The notes: generated from the sequence alone by a model not told the origin. A stretch of 64,000 bases of DNA from Bacteroidota bacterium (GCA_963169535.1 CAUJED010000135.1:3002-67001); one strand, 5' to 3'. Shown: positions 10,663-22,177, counted from the stretch's first letter. Made by a program: numbers and translations.

Positions 10663-11280
10663 ATGAGCGGATTGATCGGAAAAAAGATCGGCATGACCAG
10701 CCTGTTCGATACGGACGGGAGCCTGGTGGCATGCACGGTGATCGAGGCTACGCCCAACGTGGTGAGCCACGTGAAGACCCTGGAGAAGGACGGCTACCAG
10801 GCCGTGCAGCTCTCCTACGGCGAGCGTCGGGAGAAGAACACCCCGGCGGCCCTGATGGGGCACTACAAGAAGGCGAACACCACCCCGAAGGTGAAGGCCC
10901 ACGAGTTCAAGGAGTTCGAGACCGAACTGAAGCTGGGCGATACCGTGGGTATCGACCTCTTCGAGGAGGGCAGCTTCGTGACCGTGACCGGCAACAGCAA
11001 GGGTAAGGGCTTCCAAGGTGTGGTGAAGCGCCACGGCTTCAGCGGTGTGGGTGAGGCCACCCACGGTCAGCACGACCGTAGCCGTGCCCCCGGTTCCCTG
11101 GGTGGCAGCTCGTACCCCAGCCGTGTGTTCAAGGGCCTGCGCATGGCCGGCCGCACGGGCGGGAACAAAGTGACCACCGAGAACTTGAAGGTGGTGAAAG
11201 TGGACGCTGGTAAGAACCTGTTGCTGCTGCGCGGTACCGTACCTGGTGCCAAGGGTAGCTACGTGATCATCTGGAAGTAA
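10663..11280 (+). CDS. rplC: 50S ribosomal protein uL3
   Basis: 205 aa, [13 protein letters not shown]..., [14 protein letters not shown]. Confidence 0.97.
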   Translation: MSGLIGKKIGMTSLFDTDGSLVACTVIEATPNVVSHVKTLEKDGYQAVQLSYGERREKNTPAALMGHYKKANTTPKVKAHEFKEFETELKLGDTVGIDLFEEGSFVTVTGNSKGKGFQGVVKRHGFSGVGEATHGQHDRSRAPGSLGGSSYPSRVFKGLRMAGRTGGNKVTTENLKVVKVDAGKNLLLLRGTVPGAKGSYVIIWK

Positions 11281-11281
11281 G

Positions 11282-11911
11282 ATGGAACTCGAGATCCACG
11301 GCAAGGACGGCAAGTCCACCGGCAAGAAGGCCAAGCTGAACGACGCGGTGTTCGCGATCGAGCCGAACGATCATGCCATTTGGCTGGACGTGAAGCAGCA
11401 CTTGGCGAACAAGCGTCAAGGCACGGCCAAGACGCTCGAGAAGAGCGAAGTGAGCGGCAGCACCAAGAAGCTGCATCGCCAGAAGGGCACCGGTGGAAGC
11501 CGTAAGGGTTCCATCAAGAGCCCCCTGTTCAAAGGTGGTGCCCGCGTGTTCGGCCCCAAGCCCCGCGACTACCACTTCAAGCTGAACAAGAAGGTGAAGG
11601 ACCTGGCCCGTCGCAGCGCCCTCACTTACAAGACGAAGGACGGTTCGTTGAAGGTGATCGACAGCGTTGCGCTGACCGCCCCCAAGACCAGCGAGTTCGC
11701 CGCCATCCTCAAGGCCTTCCAACTGGGCACGCGAAAGAGCCTGCTGGTGGTGCCCAAGAAGGACGAGAACCTGGTGCTCAGCGCCCGCAACATCCAGAAC
11801 ACCCGCGTGGTGGTGGCCAGCGAGCTGAACACCTACGATATCATGAACGCCAACGGCCTGCTGATCGTGCAAGATGCGATCGCACCGCTGGAAACCATCC
11901 TCACCAAGTAA
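11282..11911 (+). CDS. rplD: 50S ribosomal protein uL4
   Basis: 209 aa, KKLHRQKGTGGSRKGSIKSPLFKGGARVFGPKPRDY; conserved operon position. Confidence 0.96.
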   Translation: MELEIHGKDGKSTGKKAKLNDAVFAIEPNDHAIWLDVKQHLANKRQGTAKTLEKSEVSGSTKKLHRQKGTGGSRKGSIKSPLFKGGARVFGPKPRDYHFKLNKKVKDLARRSALTYKTKDGSLKVIDSVALTAPKTSEFAAILKAFQLGTRKSLLVVPKKDENLVLSARNIQNTRVVVASELNTYDIMNANGLLIVQDAIAPLETILTK

Positions 11912-11914
11912 GCC

Positions 11915-12208
11915 ATGAGCCAGATCATCATCCGACCCATCGTCACTGAGAAGATGACGGCCCAGGGCGAAAAGGAAGGTCGTTACGGGTTCGAAGTGGC
12001 CCGCACGAGCAACAAGGTGCAGATCAAACAGGCGGTGGAGAAGGAGTACAACGTCACGGTGACGGGTGTGCGCACCATGATCTGCCGCGGCAAGAACCGC
12101 ACGCGCTACACCAAGAGCCTCATCATGCATGGCCGCACGCCGAGCTTCAAGAAAGCCATCGTGACGGTGAAGCAAGGTGAAACGATCGACCTCTACTCCA
12201 GCATCTGA
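11915..12208 (+). CDS. rplW: 50S ribosomal protein uL23
   Basis: 97 aa, IIRPIVTEKMT...; operon position. Confidence 0.95.
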   Translation: MSQIIIRPIVTEKMTAQGEKEGRYGFEVARTSNKVQIKQAVEKEYNVTVTGVRTMICRGKNRTRYTKSLIMHGRTPSFKKAIVTVKQGETIDLYSSI

Positions 12209-12229
12209 CCCCGAAGCAAGTAAGAAGCA

Positions 12230-13069
12230 ATGGGCGTACGTAAACTCAATCCGGTAACCCCCGGCACCCGTCACAAGGTGATCACGGACTTCGAAGGCAT
12301 CACCACGCGTGTACCGGAGAAGTCGTTGACCAGCGGCTCCAACAAGAGCGGTGGCCGTAACCAACAGGGCAAGATGACCATGCGCTACATCGGCGGTGGT
12401 CACAAGCAGCGCTATCGTGTGATCGATACGAAGCGTGATAAGTTCGGCATCCCGGCCACGGTGAAGACGATCGAGTACGATCCGAACCGCACGGCGCGCA
12501 TCGCCCTGCTGTACTATGCCGATGGTGAGAAGCGCTACATGCTGGCCCCCAACGGCCTGCAAGTGGGCCAGGAAGTGCTGAGCGGCAAGAGCGGTGTGGC
12601 ACCCGAAGTGGGTAACACGCTCCCGCTGAGCGAGATCCCCCTGGGCACCGTGGTGCACAACATCGAGTTGCAGCCCGGTAAGGGTGGCGCCATCGCACGC
12701 AGCGCGGGCACCTTCGCCCAGCTCAGCGCCCGCGAAGGCAAGTACGCCACGCTGAAGATGCCGAGCGGTGAACTCCGCATGGTACTGGTGGCCTGCCTGG
12801 CCACGGTGGGCGCCGTGGGCAACGGCGAGCACATGCTGCAGAAGAGCGGTAAGGCCGGCCGCAGCCGCTGGCAGGGGCGCCGTCCCCGCACCCGTGCGGT
12901 GGCCATGAACCCCGTCGATCACCCGATGGGTGGTGGTGAGGGCCGTGCTTCGGGTGGTCACCCGCGCAGCCGCAAGGGTCTGTTGGCCAAGGGTAAGAAG
13001 ACCCGCGCGCCGAAGAACCGCAGCAATCGTTTCATCCTCGAACGCATCAACGCCAAGAAGGGCGCTTAG
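12230..13069 (+). CDS. rplB: 50S ribosomal protein uL2
   Basis: 279 aa, [15 protein letters not shown] and [14 protein letters not shown] motifs. Confidence 0.97.
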   Translation: MGVRKLNPVTPGTRHKVITDFEGITTRVPEKSLTSGSNKSGGRNQQGKMTMRYIGGGHKQRYRVIDTKRDKFGIPATVKTIEYDPNRTARIALLYYADGEKRYMLAPNGLQVGQEVLSGKSGVAPEVGNTLPLSEIPLGTVVHNIELQPGKGGAIARSAGTFAQLSAREGKYATLKMPSGELRMVLVACLATVGAVGNGEHMLQKSGKAGRSRWQGRRPRTRAVAMNPVDHPMGGGEGRASGGHPRSRKGLLAKGKKTRAPKNRSNRFILERINAKKGA

Positions 13070-13083
13070 TCCTCGCATAGATC

Positions 13084-13353
13084 ATGAGCCGTTCACTCAA
13101 GAAACCGCCGTTCATCCACTACAAGCTTGCGAAGCGTGTGGGCGAGGCACACACCTCCGGCAAGAAGAACGTGATCAAGACCTGGTCGCGCGCCAGCACC
13201 ATCAGCCCCGACTTCGTGGGTCTGACGATCGCGGTACACAATGGCAACAAGTTCATCCCGGTCTACGTGACCGAGAACATGGTGGGGCACAAGCTTGGCG
13301 AATTCGCGCCTACGCGCACCTACCGTGGCCACTCCGGTAACAAGAAGAACTAA
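13084..13353 (+). CDS. rpsS: 30S ribosomal protein uS19
   Basis: 89 aa, [14 protein letters not shown]..., [16 protein letters not shown]. Confidence 0.97.
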   Translation: MSRSLKKPPFIHYKLAKRVGEAHTSGKKNVIKTWSRASTISPDFVGLTIAVHNGNKFIPVYVTENMVGHKLGEFAPTRTYRGHSGNKKN

Positions 13354-13359
13354 GGACAG

Positions 13360-13755
13360 ATGGGACAGCGTAAGAAATTAGCAGCGGACGAGCGCAAGGA
13401 GGCCATGAAGACGGTGGCCATCGCACACCTGCGCAACGTGCCCACCAGCCCGCGCCGCATGCGCCAGGTGGCCGATCTGATCCGTGGTGTGGAAGTGGAG
13501 AAGGCCCTGGGCATCCTGCGCTTCAGCACCCGCCACAGCAGCCGCGACCTGGAGAAGCTTCTCCTGAGCGCCATGAGCAACTGGCAGGCCAAGAACGAAG
13601 GCCAGAAGGCCGACGAGGCCAACCTGGTGGTGAAGAGCATCCAAGTGAACGAGGCCCGTGGCCTGAAGCGTATGCTGCCTGCCCCGCAGGGTCGTGCCTA
13701 CCGCATGAAGAAGCGCAGCAACCACGTGAGCCTGATCGTCGATACCAAAGCCTAA
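13360..13755 (+). CDS. rplV: 50S ribosomal protein uL22
   Basis: 131 aa, conserved operon position, ...[16 protein letters not shown]... Confidence 0.95.
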   Translation: MGQRKKLAADERKEAMKTVAIAHLRNVPTSPRRMRQVADLIRGVEVEKALGILRFSTRHSSRDLEKLLLSAMSNWQAKNEGQKADEANLVVKSIQVNEARGLKRMLPAPQGRAYRMKKRSNHVSLIVDTKA

Positions 13756-13771
13756 GCCGAGAATAACTACC

Positions 13772-14599
13772 ATGGGACAGAAAGCACATCCTACCGGTCA
13801 ACGCCTCGGCTTCATCAAGGGCTGGGACAGCAACTGGTACGGCGGAAAGAAGTATGCCGACAAGTTGGTGGAGGACGAACAGATCCGCGCCTACTTGATG
13901 GCCCGCCTGAAGAAGGCGAGCGTGGCCAAGATCGTGATCGAGCGCACCTTGAAACTGGTGACCGTGACGATCAACACGGCCCGCCCCGGTGTGATCATCG
14001 GGAAGGGAGGCGCTGAAGTGGACAAGCTGCGTGAGGAGCTGAAGAAGCTCACCGGCAAGGACGTCCAGATCAACATCTTCGAGATCAAGCGTCCGGAGCT
14101 GGATGCACGCCTGGTGGCCGATAGCATCGCCCGCCAGCTCGAAGGCCGGATCAGCTTCCGCCGCGCCATGAAGATGGCCATGGCCAGCAGCATGCGCATG
14201 GGTGCCGAAGGCATCAAGTTGCAGGTGAGCGGCCGTTTGAACGGTGCGGAGATCGCGCGGGTGGAGAAGTACCGCGATGGCCGAGTGCCCTTGCACACCC
14301 TGCGTGCCGACATCGACTTCGCCATCACCGAGGCCCATACCAAGATGGGGCGTATCGGGGTGAAGTGCTGGATCATGCGTGGTGAGGTCTATGGCAAGCG
14401 CGACCTGAGCCCGAACGTGGGCCAGGCGAAAGGAGGCCCGGGAGGCCCTCGCATGGGCGGCGACCGTCCGGAGCGTCGTGGCGGAGATCGTCGCGGTCCT
14501 GGTGGTGATCGTCGCGGAGGTGGTTTCGACCGCCGTGGAGCAGGAGAACGTCGTGGCCCGGCCGCTGGTGGTCGTGGTGGAAATAACCGTAATAGCTGA
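13772..14599 (+). CDS. rpsC: 30S ribosomal protein uS3 with Arg/Gly-rich C-terminal extension
   Basis: [23 protein letters not shown]... is the conserved uS3 N-terminus. The last ~55 aa are [55 protein letters not shown]. Confidence 0.96.
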   Translation: MGQKAHPTGQRLGFIKGWDSNWYGGKKYADKLVEDEQIRAYLMARLKKASVAKIVIERTLKLVTVTINTARPGVIIGKGGAEVDKLREELKKLTGKDVQINIFEIKRPELDARLVADSIARQLEGRISFRRAMKMAMASSMRMGAEGIKLQVSGRLNGAEIARVEKYRDGRVPLHTLRADIDFAITEAHTKMGRIGVKCWIMRGEVYGKRDLSPNVGQAKGGPGGPRMGGDRPERRGGDRRGPGGDRRGGGFDRRGAGERRGPAAGGRGGNNRNS

Positions 14600-14604
14600 T
14601 AGCC

Positions 14605-15027
14605 ATGTTGCAACCGAAGCGCAGCAAGCGCCGCAATATGCACAAGGGCCGCATGAAGGGGCAGGCCCAACGCGGACACCGTGTAGCCCTGGGATCCTTT
14701 GGACTGAAGGCCATGGAGAGCGTATGGCTCACCGGCCGCCAGATCGAGTCCGCCCGTGTGGCCCTCACCCGCTACATGAAGCGTGAAGGTCAGGTGTGGA
14801 TCAAGGTGTTCCCGGATAAACCCGTGACCAGCAAGCCGGCCGAGGTGCGGATGGGTAAGGGTAAGGGTTCGTTGGACCACTGGGTGGCCGTGTGCCATGC
14901 AGGCCGCATCATCTTCGAAGTGGATGGTGTACCCACCGCCACGGCGAAGGAGGCGCTGCGCCTGGCCGCACAGAAGCTGCCCATCCCCACCAAGTTCGTC
15001 GTTCGCGAAGATTACGACGGCCAATAA
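14605..15027 (+). CDS. rplP: 50S ribosomal protein uL16
   Basis: 140 aa, [19 protein letters not shown]... Confidence 0.97.
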   Translation: MLQPKRSKRRNMHKGRMKGQAQRGHRVALGSFGLKAMESVWLTGRQIESARVALTRYMKREGQVWIKVFPDKPVTSKPAEVRMGKGKGSLDHWVAVCHAGRIIFEVDGVPTATAKEALRLAAQKLPIPTKFVVREDYDGQ

Positions 15028-15036
15028 GACAGCGTC

Positions 15037-15249
15037 ATGAAGAAGAAAGGAACCGAACTGAAGGATCTGACGGTGGTGGAGCTGAACGACAAGCTCCAGG
15101 AGGAGCGGACCTCACTCACCAAGTTGCGCTTCGCGCACACCGTGAGCCCGATCGAAAGCCCGGCACAGCTCCGCACCAAACGCAAGGAGGTGGCCCGTAT
15201 CCTTACCGAGTTGCGCAAGCGCGAACTCGCCAATAAGACAACGAAATGA
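15037..15249 (+). CDS. rpmC: 50S ribosomal protein uL29
   Basis: 70 aa, helical and Lys/Glu-rich, at the conserved position between rplP and rpsQ. Confidence 0.93.
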   Translation: MKKKGTELKDLTVVELNDKLQEERTSLTKLRFAHTVSPIESPAQLRTKRKEVARILTELRKRELANKTTK

Positions 15250-15521
15250 GCACGACCCCGACCACCGTTGAGCGGAACCTCCGCAAGGAGCGCATCGGCA
15301 TCGTCACCAGCGATAAGATGAACAAGAGCATCGTGGTGACCGTTGAGCGTCGCGTGATGCACCCCAAGTATGGTAAATTCGTGAAGCGTTCGAGCACCTT
15401 CATGGCGCACGACGAGAACCGCGATGCCAAAGTGGGAGATACCGTGAAGATCGTAGAGACCCGCCCCCTGAGCAAGCTGAAGCGTTGGCGCCTGGTGGAG
15501 GTGATGGAACGTGCCAAGTAA
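15246..15521 (+). CDS. rpsQ: 30S ribosomal protein uS17
   Basis: 91 aa, [19 protein letters not shown]...; 4-nt overlap with rpmC. Confidence 0.95.
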   Translation: MSTTPTTVERNLRKERIGIVTSDKMNKSIVVTVERRVMHPKYGKFVKRSSTFMAHDENRDAKVGDTVKIVETRPLSKLKRWRLVEVMERAK

Positions 15522-15536
15522 ACCCGAGACCAAGCG

Positions 15537-15905
15537 ATGATCCAACAGGAATCCCGGCTGAACGTGGCCGACAACAGTGGCGCCAAGGAGGTGCTCTGCA
15601 TCCGTGTGCTCGGAGGCACGGCCCGCCGCTATGCACGCATCGGTGACACCATCGTGGTGAGCATCAAGGACGCCATGCCGAACGGCGGTGCCAAAAAGGG
15701 CACCGTGCACAAGGCGGTGGTGGTGCGCACCAAGAAAGAGACCCGTCGCAAGGACGGTAGCTACATCCGCTTCGACGACAACGCCGTGGTGATCCTCGAC
15801 GCCGCCGGCGAGATGAAGGGCACCCGCATCTTCGGCCCCGTGGCCAAGGAGCTGCGCGAGAAGAAGTTCATGAAGATCATCTCCCTGGCCCCCGAAGTCC
15901 TTTAA
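15537..15905 (+). CDS. rplN: 50S ribosomal protein uL14
   Basis: 122 aa, [19 protein letters not shown]... Confidence 0.98.
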   Translation: MIQQESRLNVADNSGAKEVLCIRVLGGTARRYARIGDTIVVSIKDAMPNGGAKKGTVHKAVVVRTKKETRRKDGSYIRFDDNAVVILDAAGEMKGTRIFGPVAKELREKKFMKIISLAPEVL

Positions 15906-15908
15906 GCC

Positions 15909-16232
15909 ATGCAGAAGAAGACGCACATCAAGAAAGGCGACATGGTGAAAGTGATCGCCGGAGAGGACCGCACCAAGCAGGGGCGTGTGCTCGAAGTGGA
16001 TCGCGTGAGCATGCGCGCCATCGTCGAGGGCCTCAACATCAACAAGAAGCACAGCAAGCCCACCACGGCCAACCCCCAGGGCGGGATCGTGGAGAAGGAA
16101 GGCCCCATTCACATCAGCAACCTGATGCTGATCGATGCGAAGACCGGTACTCCGGGTCGCGTAGGCCGCAAGGTGAACAAGGATGGCGCGCTGGAGCGTT
16201 TCGTGAAGACCAAGAAAAAGGCAGCCAAGTAA
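15909..16232 (+). CDS. rplX: 50S ribosomal protein uL24
   Basis: 107 aa, KGDMVKVIAGEDRTKQGRVLEV (KOW motif). Confidence 0.95.
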   Translation: MQKKTHIKKGDMVKVIAGEDRTKQGRVLEVDRVSMRAIVEGLNINKKHSKPTTANPQGGIVEKEGPIHISNLMLIDAKTGTPGRVGRKVNKDGALERFVKTKKKAAK

Positions 16233-16238
16233 GAAGTC

Positions 16239-16799
16239 ATGAGCTACGTACCCCGGCTTCGCGCCAAATACAAGAATGAGGTGGCCCCGGCGCTCCAGAA
16301 GGAGTTCGGTTACACCAGCTCCATGCAGGTGCCCAAGATCACCAAGATCAGCCTGAACCAAGGCTTGGGAAGTGCCGTGGGCGACAAGAAGATCGTTGAG
16401 AACGCCATCGTGGAGATGACGGCCATCGCCGGCCAGAAGGCGGTGCAGACGGTATCCCGGAAGGACATCAGCAACTTCAAACTGCGCAAGGGCATGCCCA
16501 TCGGCGCTCGGGTGACGTTGCGTGGCGACCAGATGTATGAATTCCTCGATCGGTTGATCGCCGTGAGCCTGCCCCGTACCCGTGACTTCCGCGGCGTATC
16601 GCCCAAGGGTTTCGATGGCCATGGCAACTTCACCTTCGGGGTGAAGGAGCAGATCATCTTCCCGGAGATCGATATCGACAAGGTGAGCAAGATCCAAGGG
16701 ATGGACATCACCTTTGTGACCACGGCACAGACCGACGCAGAGGCGAAGGCCCTGCTGAACGCATTCGGATTCCCATTCTCTGACAAGGACAAGAAATAA
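16239..16799 (+). CDS. rplE: 50S ribosomal protein uL5
   Basis: 186 aa, ...[14 protein letters not shown]..., [20 protein letters not shown]. Confidence 0.97.
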   Translation: MSYVPRLRAKYKNEVAPALQKEFGYTSSMQVPKITKISLNQGLGSAVGDKKIVENAIVEMTAIAGQKAVQTVSRKDISNFKLRKGMPIGARVTLRGDQMYEFLDRLIAVSLPRTRDFRGVSPKGFDGHGNFTFGVKEQIIFPEIDIDKVSKIQGMDITFVTTAQTDAEAKALLNAFGFPFSDKDKK

Positions 16800-16811
16800 C
16801 CCGACCGAACC

Positions 16812-17081
16812 ATGGCCAAGGAATCGATGAAAGCGCGTGAGCGCAAGCGCGCCAAGATGGTGGAGAAATTCGCCGCCAAGCGTGCCGCACTGAAGAAGGC
16901 GGGTGAATGGGACAAGCTGCAGCAACTGCCGGTGAACGGCAGCAAGGTGCGCATGCACAACCGCTGCCAACTGACCGGACGCCCCCGTGGCTACATGCGT
17001 GTGTTCGGCATCAGCCGGAACATGTTCCGTCAAATGGCACTGGAGGGCAAGATCCCCGGTGTGACCAAAGGCAGCTGGTAA
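16812..17081 (+). CDS. rpsN: 30S ribosomal protein uS14 (long, zinc-independent type)
   Basis: 89 aa, ...[39 protein letters not shown]. No CxxC pairs. Confidence 0.96.
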   Translation: MAKESMKARERKRAKMVEKFAAKRAALKKAGEWDKLQQLPVNGSKVRMHNRCQLTGRPRGYMRVFGISRNMFRQMALEGKIPGVTKGSW

Positions 17082-17131
17082 TAATTAACGTTAAGGACGC
17101 GGCTTTCCGCGCACCAACAAAAGAAGAGACC

Positions 17132-17530
17132 ATGACGACCGATCCGATAGCCGACTACCTCACCCGTCTTCGCAACGCCATCATGGCGCGCAAGAAGATC
17201 GTGGAGGTGCCCGCAAGCAACCTGAAGAAGGACATCACGCGCATCCTGTACGACAAGGGATACATCCTGTCGTGGAAGACCGAGGAGGACGGCAAACAAG
17301 GCCTGATCAAGATCGCGTTGAAGTACAACGCGCAAACGCGCCAGAGCGCCATCAAGGAACTCACCCGTGTGAGCTCACCCGGCCTGCGCAAGTACGCCCA
17401 CGCGAGCGAACTGCCCCGCGTGTTGAACGGCCTTGGCGTGGCCATCATCTCCACCAGCAAGGGCGTGGTCACCGACAAGGAGGCCCGTGCGCTGAACGTA
17501 GGCGGTGAAGTATTGTGCTACGTGAGCTAA
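17132..17530 (+). CDS. rpsH: 30S ribosomal protein uS8
   Basis: Track ORF 16907..17530 trimmed to ATG 17132 ([16 protein letters not shown]...). The upstream part overlaps rpsN in another frame. Confidence 0.96.
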   Translation: MTTDPIADYLTRLRNAIMARKKIVEVPASNLKKDITRILYDKGYILSWKTEEDGKQGLIKIALKYNAQTRQSAIKELTRVSSPGLRKYAHASELPRVLNGLGVAIISTSKGVVTDKEARALNVGGEVLCYVS

Positions 17531-17542
17531 GACCCGAAGAAG

Positions 17543-18097
17543 ATGTCACGCATAGGAAAAGCACCGATCGAGGTACCCAAAGGGGTGCAGGTCACGATCA
17601 GCGACAAGAACCTGGTGACCGTGAAGGGTCCGAAGGGAACGCTCGAACAAGCTGTGGACCCGGATATCACGCTGAAGCAGGAAGGGACCGAGATCACGGT
17701 ATCGCGCCCGAGCGACGCCAAGCCGCATCGTTCCAAGCATGGCCTGTACCGTGCGCTCATCGCCAACATGGTGAAGGGAGCAGCGGAAGGCTTCGTGATC
17801 GAGCAGGAGTTGGTGGGTGTGGGTTACCGCGCCACCACGAAAGGCCAGCAACTGAACCTGGCGCTCGGTTTCTCACATACCGTGATCCTGGATCTGCCTC
17901 CGCAGATCAAGGTGAGCGCGGCCCAGGAGAAGGGTAAGAACCCGATCATCCGCCTCGAGAGCGCGGACAAGCAACTCATCGGCCAGGTGGCCGCCAAGCT
18001 GCGCAGCCTGCGCAAACCGGAGCCTTACAAAGGCAAGGGTGTTCGTTTCGTGGGCGAAGTCGTGCGTCGCAAGGCCGGTAAAGCAGCTGGTAAATAA
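17543..18097 (+). CDS. rplF: 50S ribosomal protein uL6
   Basis: 184 aa, MSRIGKAPIEVPKGVQV... Confidence 0.97.
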   Translation: MSRIGKAPIEVPKGVQVTISDKNLVTVKGPKGTLEQAVDPDITLKQEGTEITVSRPSDAKPHRSKHGLYRALIANMVKGAAEGFVIEQELVGVGYRATTKGQQLNLALGFSHTVILDLPPQIKVSAAQEKGKNPIIRLESADKQLIGQVAAKLRSLRKPEPYKGKGVRFVGEVVRRKAGKAAGK

Positions 18098-18105
18098 GAT
18101 AGACC

Positions 18106-18459
18106 ATGGCATTCGACCGCATCAACCGCCGCCTGAAGATCAAGACCCGTGTACGCAAGCATGTGCACGGCACCACCGAGCGTCCGCGCTTGTCGGTCTT
18201 CCGGAGCAACACGGGCATGTACGCCCAGATCATCGACGACGTGGCCGGCCGTACGCTGGTGAGCGCCTCGAGCTTGAAGGACAAGAAAGCATCCGGGATC
18301 CCGAAGCTGGAACAAGCCAAGATCGTTGGCGCATCCATCGCCGAGAAGGCGAAGGCGGCGGGCATCGACAAGGTGGTCTTCGACCGCAACGGATACCTCT
18401 ACCATGGCCGTGTGAAAGCACTGGCCGAAGCCGCCCGCGAAGCAGGCCTCAATTTCTGA
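18106..18459 (+). CDS. rplR: 50S ribosomal protein uL18
   Basis: 117 aa, ...[18 protein letters not shown]..., [26 protein letters not shown]. Confidence 0.97.
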   Translation: MAFDRINRRLKIKTRVRKHVHGTTERPRLSVFRSNTGMYAQIIDDVAGRTLVSASSLKDKKASGIPKLEQAKIVGASIAEKAKAAGIDKVVFDRNGYLYHGRVKALAEAAREAGLNF

Positions 18460-18472
18460 TCACACCGAACAC

Positions 18473-18994
18473 ATGTCTGAAACGACGAACAGCAAGAAGG
18501 TCAAGAGCAGCGAACTGGAGCTGAAGGACAAGCTCGTAGCGCTGAACCGCGTGACCAAAGTGACCAAGGGTGGTCGCACGTTCACCTTCGCCGCCATCGT
18601 GGTGGTGGGGAACGAGAACGGTGTGGTGGGCCATGGCCTGGGCAAAGCGAAGGAGGTGCAGGAGGCGATCGCCAAAGGCATCGACGACGCGAAGAAGAAC
18701 CTGGTGAAAGTGCCGGTGTTGAAAGGCACCATCCCGCACCCACAGGAGGGTAAGTTCGCGGGTGCCCAGGTTTTCCTGAAGCCTGCGGCGCACGGTACCG
18801 GCGTCATCGCTGGTGGTGCCATGCGCGCGGTGCTGGAGAGCGTGGGGGTCACGGACGTGCTGGCCAAAAGCAAGGGCAGCAGTAACCCGCACAATGTGGT
18901 GAAGGCCACGATCGAGGCCCTGGTGAGCATGCGCGATGCGAACGCGGTGTCCCGTCAGCGAGGCATCAAACTGGAACGCGTATTCAACGGATAA
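18473..18994 (+). CDS. rpsE: 30S ribosomal protein uS5
   Basis: 173 aa, ...[24 protein letters not shown]... Confidence 0.97.
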   Translation: MSETTNSKKVKSSELELKDKLVALNRVTKVTKGGRTFTFAAIVVVGNENGVVGHGLGKAKEVQEAIAKGIDDAKKNLVKVPVLKGTIPHPQEGKFAGAQVFLKPAAHGTGVIAGGAMRAVLESVGVTDVLAKSKGSSNPHNVVKATIEALVSMRDANAVSRQRGIKLERVFNG

Positions 18995-19029
18995 AACAGG
19001 ATCCGCCGAGCGATCGGCGGGGAACGACA

Positions 19030-19209
19030 ATGAGCAAGTTGACCATCACCCAGGTGCACAGCCAGATCAAGTGCCCCAAGCGTCAGAAGGACACCCTGAA
19101 GGCCCTCGGCCTCGGCCGTATCGGTAAGATCGCCGTAGTGGAGGGCACCCCGCAGATCCGCGGCATGGTGGCCAAGGTGAACCACCTGGTGAGCGTGAAG
19201 GAGGCCTGA
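19030..19209 (+). CDS. rpmD: 50S ribosomal protein uL30 (not in the ORF track; 59 aa)
   Basis: Hand translation from ATG 19030 gives MSKLTITQVHSQIKCPKRQKDTLKALGLGRIGKIAVVEGTPQIRGMVAKVNHLVSVKEA, with TGA at 19207..19209. Conserved position between rpsE and rplO. Confidence 0.93.
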   Translation: MSKLTITQVHSQIKCPKRQKDTLKALGLGRIGKIAVVEGTPQIRGMVAKVNHLVSVKEA

Positions 19210-19258
19210 TTTCTGAAAGGGTGGGAATTTTCCACCCCGACAACAAAAGAGCAAGACC

Positions 19259-19726
19259 ATGGACCTGAGTAAATTGAAGCCCGCAGAAGGGGCCACGAAG
19301 AAGGAGAAACGCATCGGCCGCGGCCAGGGCAGCGGTCGTGGCGGCACTTCCACCAAGGGCCACAAGGGCCAGAAGGCGATGTCCGGATACAACCACAAGC
19401 GTGGTTTCGAGGGTGGCCAGACCACGCTCACCCGCCGCTTGCCGAAGTTCGGCTTCACCAACCCCACCCGGGTGGAGTACAAAGGGATCAACCTGGACGC
19501 GATCCAGACCCTGGCCGAGGCCAAGAAGCTGACCGAGATCACGCCGGAGGTGCTGTACAACAACGGTCTTATCGCCAAGAAGGACCGTCTGAAAGTGCTG
19601 GGTCGTGGCGAGATCAAGAGCGCGCTGACCATCACTGCGCATGCGTTCAGCGCAACGGCCAAGGCCGCCATCGAGGCCAAAGGAGGAAAGACCGAGACCA
19701 TCGTGACCGTAGCAGAGAAGGCATGA
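19259..19726 (+). CDS. rplO: 50S ribosomal protein uL15
   Basis: 155 aa, ...RIGRGQGSGRGGTSTKGHKGQK... Confidence 0.97.
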   Translation: MDLSKLKPAEGATKKEKRIGRGQGSGRGGTSTKGHKGQKAMSGYNHKRGFEGGQTTLTRRLPKFGFTNPTRVEYKGINLDAIQTLAEAKKLTEITPEVLYNNGLIAKKDRLKVLGRGEIKSALTITAHAFSATAKAAIEAKGGKTETIVTVAEKA

Positions 19727-21051
19727 AGAACCTGATCGAGACGATCAAGAACATCTGGCGCATCGAGGAGTTGCGTACGCGCATCCTCATCACGCTGGGG
19801 CTCTTACTGGTGTACCGTATCGGTAGCTTCATCGTGCTACCCGGTGTGGACAGTGCGCGTTTGGCCGCCACCGGCCCTGGAGGAGGAGGTGGGATCGTGG
19901 AGATCCTTTCGATCTTCACAGGAGGAGCCTTCACCCGTGCGAGCATCTTCGCGCTGGGCATCATGCCGTACATCTCCGCCTCGATCATCATGCAATTGGC
20001 GGGTATCGCGGTGCCCGCGGTGCAGAAGATGCAACGCGAAGAGAGCGGGCGTCGGAAGATCAACCAGTGGACGCGCTACCTCACCATCCTCATCTGCATG
20101 TTCCAAGCGCCCAGCTACATCTATGCCACCATCGATGCAGCCGCTCGTCCGGACAGTCAGTTCTGGCTCTTCACCAGCATCGTGATCCTCACCTGCAGCA
20201 CGTTGTTCGTGATGTGGCTTGGGGAGCGGATCACCGAACGTGGTCTGGGCAATGGCATCTCGCTGATCATCATGATCGGCATCATCGCCCAACTGCCGCA
20301 GGCATTCGCCCAGGAGGCCGTGGGCCGCATGGGACCTGGCGGAGGAGGACCGGTGCTGCTGCTGGTGGAAGTGGTGCTCTGGGTGTTGATCATCGCCGGG
20401 TGCATCCTGCTGGTGCAAGGCACACGTCGCATTCCGGTGCAGTTCGCCAAGCGTGTGCAGGGGAACAAGCAGTACGGTGGAGTACGTAACTACATCCCGC
20501 TGAAGGTGAACGCGGCCGGCGTGATGCCGATCATCTTCGCACAGGCCATCGTGCTGGTGCCCATGTACCTGGCCCAGGCCTTCGAGAATCCCCCGCAGTG
20601 GCTCATCAACATCGCCAATAGCCAGGGTTTCTTCTACAACTTCATGTTGTTCCTGATGGTGGTGCTCTTCACGTATTTCTATACGGCCATCACGGTGAAC
20701 CCGAACCAGCTCGCCGATGACATGAAGCGCAATGGTGGTTTCATTCCGGGTGTGAAGCCGGGTAAGAGCACCGCAGGCCACATCGACGAATTGTTGTCGC
20801 GGATCACCTTGCCAGGTGCCATCTTCCTTGGACTTGTGGCCATCCTTCCGGCGTTCGCCGGCATGATGGGGGTCAAGCAGGGCTTCGCACAGTTCTTCGG
20901 CGGTACGTCGTTGTTGATCATGGTGGGCGTGTTGTTGGACACGCTGCAGCAGATCGAGAGCCATTTGTTGATGCGACACTATGATGGCCTGATGAAGTCG
21001 GGTCGGATCAAGGGTCGCTCGGGAGGAGCAGCGTACGGCATGGCCGGATAG
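19723..21051 (+). CDS. secY: Preprotein translocase subunit SecY
   Basis: 442 aa polytopic protein, ...LGIMPYISASIIMQL...; 4-nt overlap with rplO. Confidence 0.97.
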   Translation: MKNLIETIKNIWRIEELRTRILITLGLLLVYRIGSFIVLPGVDSARLAATGPGGGGGIVEILSIFTGGAFTRASIFALGIMPYISASIIMQLAGIAVPAVQKMQREESGRRKINQWTRYLTILICMFQAPSYIYATIDAAARPDSQFWLFTSIVILTCSTLFVMWLGERITERGLGNGISLIIMIGIIAQLPQAFAQEAVGRMGPGGGGPVLLLVEVVLWVLIIAGCILLVQGTRRIPVQFAKRVQGNKQYGGVRNYIPLKVNAAGVMPIIFAQAIVLVPMYLAQAFENPPQWLINIANSQGFFYNFMLFLMVVLFTYFYTAITVNPNQLADDMKRNGGFIPGVKPGKSTAGHIDELLSRITLPGAIFLGLVAILPAFAGMMGVKQGFAQFFGGTSLLIMVGVLLDTLQQIESHLLMRHYDGLMKSGRIKGRSGGAAYGMAG

Positions 21052-21054
21052 ATC

Positions 21055-21861
21055 ATGGGGAAGAAGCCCGTGGTGGATCTGAGCGATGACCAGATCGCGG
21101 TGTTGAAGGAGAGTTCTTTGCTTGTTGGGAAGACCTTGGCCGAAGTGGCGGAGCACATCGCCCCCGGTGTCACCACCGGTGAATTGGACCGCATGGCGGA
21201 AGAGTTCATCAGGGACAATGGTGGCATTCCGGGTTTCAAAGGCCTGTATGGCTGCCCGAGCACACTGCTCATCAGTGTGAACGAGGAGGTGGTGCATGGC
21301 CTGCCGGGCGCGCGCACGTTGCGCGATGGAGACATCGCCAGCGTTGATTGCGGAGTGCTGATGAACGGATTCTATGGCGACAGTGCGTACACCTTCATGG
21401 TGGGCGAGGTGGCCGGACCGGTGAAGCAGTTGCTCCAGGTGACCCAGGCCTGCCTCGAAATGGGCATCGCTGCGGCGATCGATGGCAACCGTACGGGAGA
21501 CATCGGGTACGCGATACAGCAGCATGCCGAGAGCCATGGCTACAGCGTGGTACGCGAACTCACCGGACATGGTGTGGGAGCACAGCTCCACATGGAACCG
21601 GAAGTGGCGAACTATGGCAAACGGGGCAATGGAGCCAGGTTGCGCACGGGCATGGTACTTGCGATCGAACCCATGATCAACATGGGGAAGAAGGAAGTAC
21701 GGACCCTTGCCGACGGATGGACGATCGTGGCGCGTGATGGCCGACCGAGCGCACACTTCGAACACAACGTGGCGGTGCGTGCGGGCAAAGCCGAGGTCTT
21801 ATCAACATTCAGCTACATCGAGGATGTGCTGAGGAGAAAAGGTGAATTGGTCGGTGCGTGA
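21055..21861 (+). CDS. map: Type I methionine aminopeptidase
   Basis: 268 aa, ...VVHGLPG...[22 protein letters not shown]..., [17 protein letters not shown]. Confidence 0.95.
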   Translation: MGKKPVVDLSDDQIAVLKESSLLVGKTLAEVAEHIAPGVTTGELDRMAEEFIRDNGGIPGFKGLYGCPSTLLISVNEEVVHGLPGARTLRDGDIASVDCGVLMNGFYGDSAYTFMVGEVAGPVKQLLQVTQACLEMGIAAAIDGNRTGDIGYAIQQHAESHGYSVVRELTGHGVGAQLHMEPEVANYGKRGNGARLRTGMVLAIEPMINMGKKEVRTLADGWTIVARDGRPSAHFEHNVAVRAGKAEVLSTFSYIEDVLRRKGELVGA

Positions 21862-21935
21862 CATGTCACGCACCGCTGAACAAGGATAGCGAACGTCCCG
21901 TTGGGACGGAACGGAGAAAGAAGGAAACGAACGGA

Positions 21936-22157
21936 ATGAGTAAGACAGGAACCATAGAGCAGGACGGCGTCATCAAGGAGGCGTTGAGCAATGCCATGTT
22001 CCGCGTGGAGTTGGAGAATGGTCATGTGATCATCGCCCACATCTCGGGCAAGATGCGGATGCACTATATCCGGATCCTGCCTGGCGACAAGGTGAAGGTG
22101 GAGATGAGTCCGTATGACCTGAGCAAGGGTCGCATTTCATTCCGATACAAGAGTTAA
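21936..22157 (+). CDS. infA: Translation initiation factor IF-1
   Basis: Track ORF 21858..22157 trimmed to ATG 21936. Translation is [73 protein letters not shown]. Confidence 0.96.
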   Translation: MSKTGTIEQDGVIKEALSNAMFRVELENGHVIIAHISGKMRMHYIRILPGDKVKVEMSPYDLSKGRISFRYKS

Positions 22158-22177
22158 GACACGATACCCAGGAAACC

